DNA of 57,835 nucleotides, the filler included, from Sphacelaria rigidula (Eukaryota), in the NCBI GenBank assembly GCA_964200075.2. It is 4 parts of 4 records of this genome, joined end to end, with 100 filler letters (N's around TTAATTAATTAA, not from the genome) between each part and the next. Parts side by side here need not be neighbours in the genome. Positions count along the whole stretch, not along the records: positions 1 to 14,391 come from CAXNAA020002276.1; positions 14,492 to 28,873 come from CAXNAA020002277.1; 2 more parts are not named here. One strand, given 5' to 3'. Within the stretch, counting starts at the first letter, position 1. Each line of letters starts with the position of its first letter. Below the pieces are notes generated by a model. It was not told the DNA's origin. It was given only the letters and a program-made list of their open reading frames with translations, and did no database searches. The position numbers and the translations under genes are program-made. Below are positions 10,164-22,400 of the stretch, in pieces.

Positions 10164-11834
10164 AGCTTCATGGCCAGGATCACGAGGCAAGGATAGGGTC
10201 GACCGCGAGTATGAGACGTTTACGTGTCAACGAAGCGGTAAAATGCCGAAACGGGACTGAGTAACTCAGGGAACACCAGAAAAATAACGTCTGCATGTGA
10301 ACTGTACACGTCCTCGACCGAACCCTTCGTAGGTGGAAGAGCCGCGGAATGAAAACACAAAACCACTGGATCTTTGCCCCCAAAACAACCACTATTCGTA
10401 TGATTGACACCGTGAGCGGGTAGACTTTCCGTTGTGTATTTCCGAAGAGACATGCGGGGTTTGAACGGTATGTGTGTTAAACGGGAAGTAGGCCGGAAAT
10501 AATCGATTCTGCGGGTGTCATGGTTGCTGTTGCTGGAAGACTCCAGGTAGCGCACGCGCCGACTACATAAAGTACTCAGTGTAGGCAGTCCACACCCGCC
10601 TGAAAAAAGGTGGACAGGGCAGTATAGAAAAGGCATTTGCGAAAAAGAACGCACGGTTAGGACGACTCAACTCGTGATTCAACTCATGTTCATCATATCA
10701 AGAAATAAATCATACTATTCGTACATCATTTGTAATTTATGCAGCTTCTCAGCTTGTGCGTGGTGCAGTATATCTCGAAGGTATCCGCTTCCTACCTTCC
10801 ATGAATACCGGGGTAAATAATGGGCACATGGTCAACCCTGCACTGCAAATTTGAATACATCGATGGTATATGTCACGCACTTCTCACTGTCATGAGTCGG
10901 GAACGTCCTGTATAACTTGCTTGGCCAAATCGTTGAAGGTGAGCGCCCGTACATTTTTCCCACCTTTGGGCTAATGCGGGACCAACAAGTCGTACAGGTT
11001 GAATCCTCATTTCCGATGAGCCCTGAACCATGCGTAATTTTCTCACAGCTGTAATGCACGCAAGATGACTGCGCTGCATATGTGTTATCCACCCTCGACT
11101 CAACGGACCAACGGTTCATACAGCATGACTGCTTGCGCGTCATGAGGAGTCGACTCGTATGAATTCTGATTCGTCCTAACCGTGAAAGAATGACGAGATG
11201 AGATGAACGCGTCGAGGTCTAGCCTAACCGAGTAAACACAGGTTTCGGTCGACGCACGCCCTTTTGGCGCACGGCCGTGTGAGGCGAGAATACTTGTATG
11301 TGAGTGTGGCACGGGTGCGGCACATATTGTCAATTTCTGTGCCCGCAGAATTCCGAGCGAAACCAATGTTTCCTGGTCCAAAATTGTTACTTTTTCGGGA
11401 CGAAACACGCGAGGATGTACATTTTCCAGACCAATGTTCATGACGTATTATTTTCATGAGTCACCGTCCAGTGGTCTGCTTTTGGTCCCTAAGTCCACGT
11501 ACCGCGATTTTGATCAAACTGCTGTTTGGTTGGTTGTTCGTCGCACATGAAGTGATCCCTGCGGAGTCTAGGCGTCGTTACAAGATACATGTGTCCAAGG
11601 AAGACAAGCCGGAATCACTCGCATCGCGCAGAAAACTCGAAAAAGTAGACACGTCGAGAAAGGTATACCAAACTCACGGTACTGAACAAAAAAACGGACA
11701 CCCAAATAAAACAAAAAAAGAAGAAAGGAAAGGAAAAGAGGGAATAATATGACAAGAACAAAAAATATAGTCCCCATACGAAGGAAAATGATCACACGTC
11801 GGACAGCTCATCAACACCACAAATATTACTTCTT

Positions 11835-12073
11835 ATTAGTCTGCGGATCCGGATCATAAGCTGGCTCATTTGGCCCCCTGTTCCCATGTTTCCTCCCTTC
11901 AGTGCTGGACACCGAGCACGCAGAGCAGTGCAAAGGTTGCGCTCTGGCTTCTCTGACCCAGCTGTCACGTAGTTTGTGTCTTTGGACCAACGGATCTGAT
12001 AGTACTCTTTGTGGTGGTGTGTTAGGTAGCTTATGAGCTGTCCGACGTATAAAAGTGATGATGATGATGATGA
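11835..12073 (+). repeat. Possible retroposed repeat ending in a (GAT)n tail
   Basis: GC-richer block ending abruptly in (GAT)5-6. Single copy in the window and no TSD seen. Confidence 0.3.
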
Positions 12074-12497
12074 TACAAGAGTGGAACATGACAGCGACAT
12101 GTTTATACTACATGTAAATTTGCTGACCGGTTGGTTGATCGTGGTGCATTCACTGGTCCGCTACGAATCATAATCCAGTCGCTACGAACCATAATGTAGC
12201 CGTGGTCACACAAGATGTACGTGGAGATGGTAGCACGCTTTCAAAATTATATTTTGCACCCACAAAATGGTGCAGGAGCAGCAGAAAGTACCGTGGGTAT
12301 CAGTTGCAGATGTTTTCCCGTGCATCCGGGATCAACCTTTGGTAAGGAGAGACTTCGGGACCGGGCAACGGTGCAGGGCCCGACCGACATGCGTCTCCCC
12401 CCGCCCCCTCCTCGTTTTGAGGGAATCGGTGTAATCGCGGGTACAATTCTATACCCCAGTTCGAAGGGGTTACCCCCCCCCACACACACACACTGCA

Positions 12498-12597
12498 GTG
12501 CTCCGTCTCGAAAGGGATGCGTGGTCAATGGTCAAACGACGAAGGCAAGTAACAAAAAAGTACGCCCCCCCCCCCCATCTCCCCTCCCCCCCCCCCG
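12498..12597 (+). mobile_element. Poly(C)-tailed retroelement 3' end, type A
   Basis: GTGCTCCGTCTCGAAAGGGATGCGTGGTCAATGGTCAAACGACGAAGGCAAGTAACAAAAAAGTACG(C)n; homologous to 7516-7600, 22560-22615 and 28610-28700 (-). Confidence 0.7.
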
Positions 12598-12764
12598 ACG
12601 GTGTGTAACCCGTGATTGTCTGTAGAAGTGGCGATACCAGAACATGAAGCAACTCATTCGAGGGTGTCATCCGTTTGCAAGATGATACGTAGTAGTAAGC
12701 ACACTTCGGGCCGGAAAATCGTGGCAGGATGCAGCTCACCCTTCATGCGACTCACCGAACATGT

Positions 12765-12897
12765 ACCTGCGCTTCGCGCGAGATGATTAATTTCGAGCCT
12801 TGTCCGGCGAAAACCCGGCGTGCTCCGTCCTGGCTTTGTAGGGATACGAGGGTAATGATCTCGTGACTACGGCATGAAAGATCATGGGTACACCCCG
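12765..12897 (+). mobile_element. Poly(C)-tailed element, type B (distinct body, related 3' end)
   Basis: GCTTCGCGC..TCCGGCGAAAAC.CGG.GTGCTCCGTCC..CTTTGYAGGGAT..ATGAC..CATG.GTAC(C)n. Reverse-complement copies at about 53010-53175 and 56525-56670. Confidence 0.7.
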
Positions 12898-13731
12898 ACA
12901 GCAGCCGGGCCCGACTCTTTGCTGATAGCTCTGCCTTCTATCGTTTTTTTTTAGGTAGATTTGTTTTTGTCAGTAACCCAGGAGTATTGGATTTGCTCCG
13001 CACGTGAAGCTGAGCATGCCGCCATGATGACTTGAATATCGTCGGAAGATGTCGATACTTCTCTGCAGCCGTATGCCGTGGTCCTCCGGTCCCGTTTGAA
13101 AAAAAACCGTTTATCGTTGCACTTCAACTGACCCTGCACAGATACAGCCGTGATCATACGATGGACGTACCCGAGACGAAACAACACTGATACACTCACT
13201 GAAGAAAAATGAGGAAACAGAAAGGGTAGAACAGAACAATAGAGTAGACTGAGACAGAAGAAGAGAATCACTAGACAAGAATAAATAATGAAAAAAAGAA
13301 AAAGAAGAAAAAAGACCGGCCTGTGCCGCGTGGCTTCGGTGGAAAAGGTCTTGCGCATAACCACGCTCACTCCCGGTCGTAAGAAACTAAAGGCTGTGGG
13401 AAAAGAGTAGATTGCGGCTCATCTACTACTACCGCACTATTTGAGGCGTGGACGCTCTCATCCATGGAAAAAGTACAAGAAAGGGAGATCCCACTGCTGT
13501 GGCGTGCATCGGCCGAAAAAAACACACAGATATATAGAAAATATGCGGAAAAGGGAGGGCAGTTAGGAAGGTGGCTACGGAAGTGGTGAAGTCCAAATAA
13601 TTCAAGGCAGCAGAGCAGATACAGTCTCACACCTGGAGGCACCGCAGATGCATCCATCAAGGACACAGTGAACAACCGATAAGCGAGGTATATATCAAAA
13701 TGTGAACCTCCTGTATGGAAGATACCTCGGT

Positions 13732-14209
13732 AAGAGGTGTTTTCAACGGAACTAGTTTTTCCCGCGAAATCTCCGAATTCTTTGGGGGGAGGGGGGTTGG
13801 GGGGGGGGGGGGGATATCCACGAAAAACGTGAGAGCGGATTTCTTGACCAGGTCAGGCAATAGACCCATCCAAGATTGACACAGATTACTCCAAAAATTT
13901 AGCCTCAAATTTTTTGTCAGCGCTTTTTTTTTTTCAAGAATTTGGGGAAGAGAAGAGAATCCGTGAAAATTAGAGGGAGGAACGAGAAAAAACGGTTTGT
14001 AGAGGTATCTCGAAATTTGATTCCCGGTTTCCTGGTTTGCTTTGTTTCATTTTTTCAAGTGGAGGTGATCGTGATTCATGAGATGAGACCCCTTCACCGC
14101 CAGGTTAGGTCCTTCTATGAATCGCCATCACTTCAACATGAAAAATATTCCAAAACCCAGAGCCAACGATTAAACCAGGAATCCGGGAACCGAGTTTGAG
14201 ACACCTCTA
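13732..14209. mobile_element. Possible hAT-like MITE
   Basis: Imperfect TIR AGAGGTGTTTTCAAC / GTTTGAGACACCTCTA; TSD not evident. Confidence 0.35.
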
Positions 14210-14305
14210 ATAAGACCCCGAATTGTGCGGTACGCCATGTCTGCGGTCTATCTTGGTCCCCACGAAATTGTCTCGACTTGCCTTACTGGTTACTACGACT
14301 GAACA

Positions 14306-14337
<32 letters not shown>

Positions 14338-14391
14338 GCCCGCGGCGGGGGGGCGGGGGGGGGCGGCCCCCCCAAACAGACCCGCGGGGCC

Positions 14392-14491
14392 NNNNNNNNN
14401 NNNNNNNNNNNNNNNNNNNNNNNNNNNNNNNNNNNTTAATTAATTAANNNNNNNNNNNNNNNNNNNNNNNNNNNNNNNNNNNNNNNNNNNN
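14392..14491. other. Artificial contig spacer (44 N + TTAATTAATTAA + 44 N)
   Basis: Exactly 100 bp, with a six-frame stop linker at 14436-14447; identical to the other two spacers. Confidence 0.98.
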
Positions 14492-14544
14492 CTCCGGGTT
14501 CTCATCCTCAATGAAAAGCACCATCCTCAACATAGATGATCGGC

Positions 14545-14950
14545 TGTTCTGAGTAGGATATCGACGTGTAGCTATTATAAGCACACGCTAGTGATGGAGG
14601 TAAAGAAGAGCACACCCGGAATGAAAAAATGGCTGAGAGCAAGCGAATGATCAAAGCCACTCTCAATCAGCGTTCTACTCTGAATCTCACGAAAACGTTG
14701 TTGATAGCCCCCCTCCCAAAAAACAACAACAGCCAAAAGTGTCACGAAAGAAACAAATATGTGCATACAGCGCCTGATGTTTGGGCACAGGCTGCATAAA
14801 GCGCCTCATATGGGCGACATTGGCGGAAACGAACCCAAGCGTGTGAATTCCCAGCTGCTCGTTGTGCTCGCCTTTTCCCATTTCGACTCACGTGAAGGTT
14901 TTGTCTCCCAAAACCAGAAACCTTTTCGCGGGGGGCTATCGTAGAAAGTG
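14545..14950. repeat. Dispersed repeat family, probable non-autonomous DNA transposon fragment
   Basis: Matches 15260-15425 directly and about 25820-26220 in reverse complement (for example GCGGAAACGAACCCAAGCG..AATTCCCAGCT). Confidence 0.7.
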
Positions 14951-15007
14951 CCACGGAGTGACTCCCTCGACGGACACTCGTGGGAATTTCCCCCGCCGGT
15001 GTGGTGT

Positions 15008-15673
15008 GCAGTGGCTCAGATGGTATCCTCGAAACCTTTTAATAGTCAGGACGTGGGTTCGAATCTCGGTTAAGACAAACGATCTGCGATTTTTTTTACA
15101 TAACAAAGTGTTCGTGTGATTGAGAGTAGAGAATACGCTTGAGAGTGAAGAGCGTTTAATTAGTAAATGAATCGTTGAATTGTTTCAGTTCCGAAATGCC
15201 CCTCCACGAGGCCCGATATTTTTTTCTGTTGTAGCTTGTCACTGAGACCCTTGATATCCCTGAGTAGGATATCGACGTGTAGCTGTGAGCACACGCCAGT
15301 GATGGAGGCAAAAAAAAGCACACACACACACACACACACGGAATGAAAAATTGGCCAAGTTCAAGCGAATGGTCAAAACCACTCTCGATCCGCACTCTAC
15401 TCTAAATCTCACGAAAACGTTGTTACATAAATCGTGGGTTCACAAAATGTCGACTTCACGGTCGACGAGGGAAAGGGACCGCTATACCTTTCTCGTGAGA
15501 TTAAAAAAAGTGAGGCAAGCACCACAGAAGAAATATCGAACATTGAAACAAAAAGAAGAGAAATCTTGCCTTGTTAACTTTCCTTCTGTGTGACCCCGGC
15601 TGATGCGTCCACATATATGTTTACCGGAGGGTCTAGACTAGAGTCCAGAGTAGATGTGGTGGCAATACACACA
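15008..15673 (+). mobile_element. tRNA-derived SINE interrupted by a roughly 300-bp insertion (about 15115-15425)
   Basis: A box TGGCTCAGATGG (15012) and B box GGTTCGAATC (15056). The body resumes near 15432, matches 35638-35871 and ends in (CA)n. Confidence 0.75.
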
Positions 15674-16448
15674 CAAGTTCAGATTCAAAATTCGGCGTAG
15701 ATTGGTCCAGAGTGGAACATGACATACTTTCAAGTATCGAAGCATGAAGCACAGCGATTTCAGTCGGTGTAGCCTACAGAACACAACCTTGAAACATTCT
15801 CGTCCAGATTCTTCTTCTCTTCTTCCTATTCCGGACAACAAGATAGACCCATCCAGTGTTTGTGGCCATCATCCAATTCTCGTGGAGTTTTCAAAATTGT
15901 CAAATCATTGCAACCCCTTGATGATCCCTAGTAAAGGTAATCGGTTGAATTGGCACCATCTTGATTTCAAAACATGAAATGGAAGGCCCAGATGGTCGAC
16001 GACTTGATCCTAACAAGCTGAGAGAGGTGACATCCTGAAGTTCCTCCATGACTGACAATTATCCCTCTGATTTCGAATTCGAAGCATTGATGATATTTGT
16101 ACCACCCGGGCATTCGTAGGCGAAAAACGTGAACTCAATGAAAAATGACCACTCCACAGTCAAAATAGGGCTGTTTGACCCATCTCAAACCCAATTCATC
16201 CCATTCCATGGCACAGTGAACGGACAGCCCCGCCCGAACGCCCAAGGCGATCAACCGCCCCAGCTGGGGTTTGCGGGTTCCGGTATAGGGCGGTCCCACA
16301 CCGCTTTCTGTTCCCAAGCCAACCTCTCTCCACTACAGGAAATCCCAAAATGAGCTGCCGCGACCACCGAGACTGGAGGAGTTTTAATCATCCATACTAT
16401 CATCTACGTTCGTTTTGCTTGCGCCACAGCAGTAAACGTCCGAAAACG

Positions 16449-19400
16449 TTACGAGATGGTCGCGCCCGCGATCGTTTCCGATTTACACGTTCCCCCTGAC
16501 GTGATGATCGGACTTCCCTTGTAGGTGGCCACGAGCTGGTGGTCCGTCCGGAGGAACTGCGCCAGGTCTTCGAAGGCGTGTTTTTTCTTCACCTGCGATG
16601 GGTGCCCAAAAACATGTGTGTATATGTATGCATGTAAACATATAAATATATATATGGGAAGGTGATGAGCTCGCGACACACGCTTGCACTGATTTACCCT
16701 CTCTTCAGGGTAGTATTCATATGTGTGCGTGTGTGTGTGTGATGGTTACGAACAAAAAGAATTAAGATTGACCAAGCAAAATCACGCTGGATTTTCACCT
16801 GTACATCCTGATTTTCGCTTATTTTCGTTTTAATAGCTATGACAACAGCGACAATAGCAACAGCAGTAGCAGAAGCAGCAATCGACACACCACATAGGAC
16901 ACGCTATCCAGGAACCTCTTGGGGACAAAAATAACATGACAAGTCAAGAAAAAACAGGCCTCTTCGCTAAAAAAGCAGCATGATTCAAGGGCAGAAAAAT
17001 AAGATACCCCGGTGCGTCACTGGCGACGAAACAATCATAAGCATAATCATCCACAGTCTGAAGAACAGCGCTCGCGTGTGTCGCGGAGAGCAAGCAGCCT
17101 CAGCAGCAGCAGCAGCAGCAGCGGCAGTAGCAGCAAAACAATGCGACCCTTGTCTTCTTCAACGACACGTTGATCCTTCGCTACAGACCCGCGGTCAGAC
17201 GATGGAAGATACTCGTGAAAATATAAATCAACAGGACACGTCTCGCACCAAAACAGTATGGGCACCTGACTAAATGGAGGGTACCGCCCACCCCCATGCA
17301 GTGCTGGAATATGACTCTACCACACCACGGCTGACCCATTTTTCACCCCAACCGGGCCGGTCTGCAGGCTTTCATATACCACATACGAAATTTGGAAATT
17401 CATCTCGTGGTTCATGCCCTTCTCTTTCTCTCCTTTGACATGGGACACAACGAAAAACCAGGGGGAAAGACATCATGTAGCAAAAGCCACACGTCCACCG
17501 TACGTCCGTATCTGTACCGGAAATCAATGGCACAAGACGTAAAATCAATCCAAACACCCAACACATATATACAAATATATAAATGTATATCGGGAAACAC
17601 CGTTCCCACAAAGGGGTGGGATGGACGGAGCGTCAAAGGACCCGGCTCTGAGCACGTACTTTTCAATCCTGTTTCGTGACCCTGGATAACACTTCGGCGC
17701 CTTTGAGAAGCGATCTTTGATTTCAATAAAATATTCGGATCTTCCGAGGGCTCACAATCCTACGCGCATTTTGGATCGAGAATCGACACCGATTCGGGCA
17801 AACACAAAGCACACATTGTCTATCGAACAGTAGGTACCCTCCTCGCCCGAGGGTTCTCGACCCGCCTTGGGTTAGGGTTAGCGATGTCCGATCATTTTTT
17901 TTCTTCAATGAACTCGACGGTGTTTTTTGGGTGAAGAAAAACCCGCTTTCACTGGGGCTTGTTGCCAGGAAGTCCCACGCGATTAAAATAAAATAAAAAA
18001 TCGACACTTGTTCCCCCTCGGAAAGGGGCAAAAAACGGTCATTTTTGGGCCGACTACTTTTTTTGCAGCCGTTCGGCGACATGGTTCAAGCACGAGCTGC
18101 AAATTTCAAGCACATTTTCTTAACCCAAAGAGTTCATTAAAAAAAAACGAACATCGTTAAGGGCACGTACAAATTTCGGTACCTTTACTTATGAAACAGA
18201 GGAAGTATTTAGTGTTTATTACATTACGCTCAAACATATATGGTCTCCTCATTACGCTTTGTTTCCAGCGTTGCAACCCAGGTACGCCCAGCCTAGGCAC
18301 GTGGAATGGCGCGCAAAAGTTGCGTGGAGACCTTCTTCTCTTTCGAGCAATCAGGCCTCAAAAATCGTGGCGGGTTTAGTGATTCGAACAGGCGACGATT
18401 TGTCCGAACAGTGAAATGGTTGAGGCATAGTTTGTTTTTCGTCGAACGGTTACGCTCACGCTACGGTATTCTAACCCTAACCCTACGGTGTTTTTTGGGT
18501 CAAGAAAATGTGTTTGAAATTTGCAGCTCGTGCTTAAACCATGTCGCTTAACGGCTGCCAAAAATGCAGTCAGCCCAAAAAATGGCTGTTTTTTTGCCCC
18601 TTTGCGAGGAGAAAAAAAAGTGTCGATTTTTTTTTCTTCATTTATTTTAATCGCGTGGGACTTTCTGGCAGCAAGCCCCAGTAAAGGCGGGTTTTTCTTA
18701 ACCAAAAAAAAATCGTCGAGATCATCAAAAAAAAAAAACGATCGGACACCGTAAACCCTTAGACCGCGACATCAGTCTTTCTCGATCATGCATACTTTTT
18801 TTTCACTTGAAATTGATGCCGATTCAACAGAAGACTAACCTCGCGGTCTAAGGGTTAAGGGCCCGTACAAATTCATATACCTGTACTTATGGGACAGAGG
18901 GAGTACATACGTAAGCCGAACAAAGTAGTCTCAGGAACGGGGTCCGCCAGTGACACACATGTGCAGACTCGAAACGTTTGAATCTGTGAAACTGGATCTT
19001 TAGCAACCTAGGCAACAGGGTCTCCGGTATAAAGCGCTCGGAACAGTAGAGCCACCCCATGAACCCTGGTGGATGGTGGCCGGTACTACTGTACTGCCTC
19101 GTTCACGTCTTCTTCTTGCCTACCATGAACCACGGCCACATCCTCGACTAAATGACAGGGGAGAGAATTACGCCTCGCTCTGGAGATCCTTCGGCAGCAC
19201 GGTACGACAACCTTTTCCTTCGTGACCCGTAACTCTACTGCCTCGGCTCTAGGCGAAGCCTAGTTAACAAACAGTAAGGATTAATTCGTACGGTACGAAT
19301 AAATTACACTAAAAAATCAAGTAACTTCCAGACGAGTCATTCATTTACTCGACCCTTGGACAACAACTACGTAACGGCGCCCGTACCGGGGCATATCAAA

Positions 19401-22400
19401 CACGCCTCCTAGAGAACAAACAACAGTGCGTTGTCCACCAAGACGAAAGAGTCTCATCTTCCGAGGTCAGACGCGCATGCATGCTGGTCACAGAAACACA
19501 AACCTAAGGGCGTGTCTCGTCAGTCATTCTCTTCGATCGAAAAAGACGGGGCGTTGGAATCAATTTGAGCGAAATTCGCTCGTTTTTCTCGAGTTGGGTC
19601 CAAGCGAATTTTCAAATTTTCGATGGAAAAAAAACAGTGAAATTCGTGAAACGGTACATGGTCACTCGTGTACAGTACAAGCAGTTTGTACTGATGTCTG
19701 CACTGCTTGCAAGTAGAGTGTCTTGAGTGCGTGTGTGCGTTTCTCGGACAGGAAAATATAAAAGAGATGCGGGCAACGCGCAGTGCAGACAGCCCAGGAC
19801 TATCAGTTCTCTCTGCCTACAATGCGACGTGAAAAGGACTTCAGGAACGTGCAGCTTTGTACTGCCTGCACTGTCCATGAGCGTCAACGCAACCCACCGT
19901 ACCACACAGTTCCGTCGCTGATCCCCACCATGAGAGAAGATGCGCAAGTTTCCGCCAACAAAAACAAACAGAAGCACACTCAACTACCGCAGTGTGTCTA
20001 TCCCTGTGCTCAACTCGTGCTCTATGCTGCAGGGTCGCGGTGGTAGCTGAGAATGAATTTGATGAAGTTTACATGGTTCTGTAAAAACGTATTATCTGGC
20101 GTGGTGGTCTGTAAGATAGGGGTCAAGCGCCGCTTCGTGCCTTTCGACCGCATGTTTTCGATCGACAACGATTCTTTTTTTTTTTTTGTCTCGAATAGTT
20201 TTTCTTCGCGCGCCGCTAATTATAATTTTGAGTTGAAGCCTCCTAGGAACAAAAATGCGGTGGACTTACCAGATCGGCAAAAAAAAGTCGAGCGCACTTT
20301 TCCGATCGAATAAAACCCGTGTCAAGACACACCCTAACCACGTTTTTTTGTCCAAGCAAGTAACCCCCCCCCCCCCAAATAGGAAGCCACGCCGGAACTA
20401 TCCTTTACATTACGACAACAATCGTACAGTGATCATCATCAGCAGGAGAAGCTGAATCCACCCCTTCTCCGAACGCTCGTAATAGTCATGTTTATACCGC
20501 AGAGGGAATGGTACAAACGCTAGCGTGCTATTTAGATTGGCGACGCTCGCGACAGACTCAATTGTATAACTATTAATACAACGAAAGTTCGAGTTACCCG
20601 TGTAAACATGCCATGGGCAAATGCTTGCATGTCGAGAATTTGTCAACTATTGGATGGAAGTGCGAAGGGCCTGTCTTGGCGCATGAGTTTTCGATCGAAA
20701 AAGTGCGGTGGAAGACAAAACTCCTGATCCGATAGGTCATGATTCCAACCATCTTCGAAATTTACGACGATGGTTGAAATCACGACCTATCAGATCGGGA
20801 TTTTTGCTTTCTACCGCACAATTTCGATCGAAAACTCATGTGCGAAGACATGGCTTAACACAAGTAGTTGCCGGCAGATAAATCTCCGGGGGAAAACATC
20901 TGTGCCACCTGCAGGGCGTCGTTATCTCCAGACAAACTCCGGGCGAATATTTCGCGCAAAACTAGTTGCCTGTTTAACAAGAAAAAAAACTCGGATGAAA
21001 GACCAGTGCAACTAACTAGTTGTGCATTACAGCAACTACGGGCAAAACAACTACTCAACTACAGCAGGCAACTGCCAACGAAACAGTTATTGGTCACACA
21101 GGGTGAGCAGTTGCACATCATGCTCACCTGTGCAGCTGTCAAGGGTTCCCCATCGAATTCCAAACCTTCCACTCTGGCCCGCTCTCCCACTACAGACGAA
21201 GCTGGGGGTCGCACCAGCTCGACCTGAAATTGTAAGCGGCCATTATCCATCATCAACACAGGGCAAAACAAGACGGGGGGGGGAGGGGTTACGTGAAGAC
21301 TATCAGATAGATAGCAGCATGAGGACGGAAAAATGCGGGTTCAATTTCCGCCAGGTGCGTCTAGTTTGACTACTTTATTTTGCTCGATGATGTGAGCAAA
21401 AAAAAAAGTATGGCGTACGTAAGTAGCAAAAACAAAATGGCTGAGTTTGTTACACGACCGTCGACACAGTGCGGTAAGGGTGCTGGCCATGATCCAGTCC
21501 GCGACATGATCCCATAATGGCAAGGCGTGCGCCGGGAGAGATACGGATGGGTTGACTCCCTCGACACTCAACACCAGAAACACATTCCGAGGACGGGAGG
21601 GGAAGACTTAGAATCGAGAACACATAAGAAGAAGGAAACACCAGGTAATTTGCTTTTCACCCACACAATTTAATCCATGCCCTCTTCACCTTTCCGTCTG
21701 GCCCCTTGGCCGCAAGCACCATCCCGTTGGACACAAAACCCGCCAGTTTCGCCGGCTTCAAATTGCACACCACGAGTACAAGGCTACCCTCCATGTCCTC
21801 CCTGGCCACGTGCTCTCGTAAGCCACTGGCGATCTGTCTCGGCGTCTCTTCACCAACGTCGATCTCCTCGCAGTAAAGTCGCTCGGCTTCTTCGTGATTC
21901 CACACCTTATCAAATTTACCAGAAAAAAAAATGAGTGCAATGCAATGCAAATGCAATGAACCGCACAAAACGTGAGGGATACGCTTGTAAATCACCACGA
22001 TAGACAAGAGAAAAAAAACTTCGAACAATTGAGAATTTGGAGTATGACAAATACACACATACCAACGGAAGGATGGTGGATTTATACCGGAAAATGACCA
22101 GCAAAGACACTAGAGAATGACGGAAAGCGCACACCGTTTTACGATACATGTAACCAATAACAACACGATGCACGACACATATATAACGAATGAGGTGGAT
22201 TTTCCCACTTCAGCGCCATCATATACATGGTCTACATAGTGTCGAACAAACGCCAACGCCAACGCCAAGGCTAAGGCTAAGTCTAACTCCTACCCAAGGC
22301 ATACATACCGAGAACCCTCGGGCAAGGAGGGGTGAGGGGGTGGAAAGGGTGCCCCAGGTAAGACCTCAAATCGGCGCCTGCGGCGCCGATCTGCACGGGA

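Larger units (their letters stand above)
8959..10828 (+). mobile_element. 3' end of an LTR retrotransposon: putative 3' UTR, polypurine tract and 3' LTR (9140-10828)
   Basis: Purine tract A(G)nA ends at 9139, immediately before TGTGC (9140). The segment ends GCACA (10828), a perfect 5-bp inverted TG..CA terminus. TATA-like TATAGAAAA near 10623 and AATAAA near 10704. The left boundary of the UTR is approximate. Confidence 0.65.

Noticed and set aside
12626-12663. Possible next exon (KWRYQNMKQLIR) of the 7663 host gene, giving a vaguely PsbQ-like helix
   Set aside because: Weak donor, no consistent downstream exon, and similarity too slight to support without a search.
14436-14447. TTAATTAATTAA palindrome recurring about every 14.48 kb
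   Set aside because: Centred in identical N-runs; an artificial six-frame stop linker.
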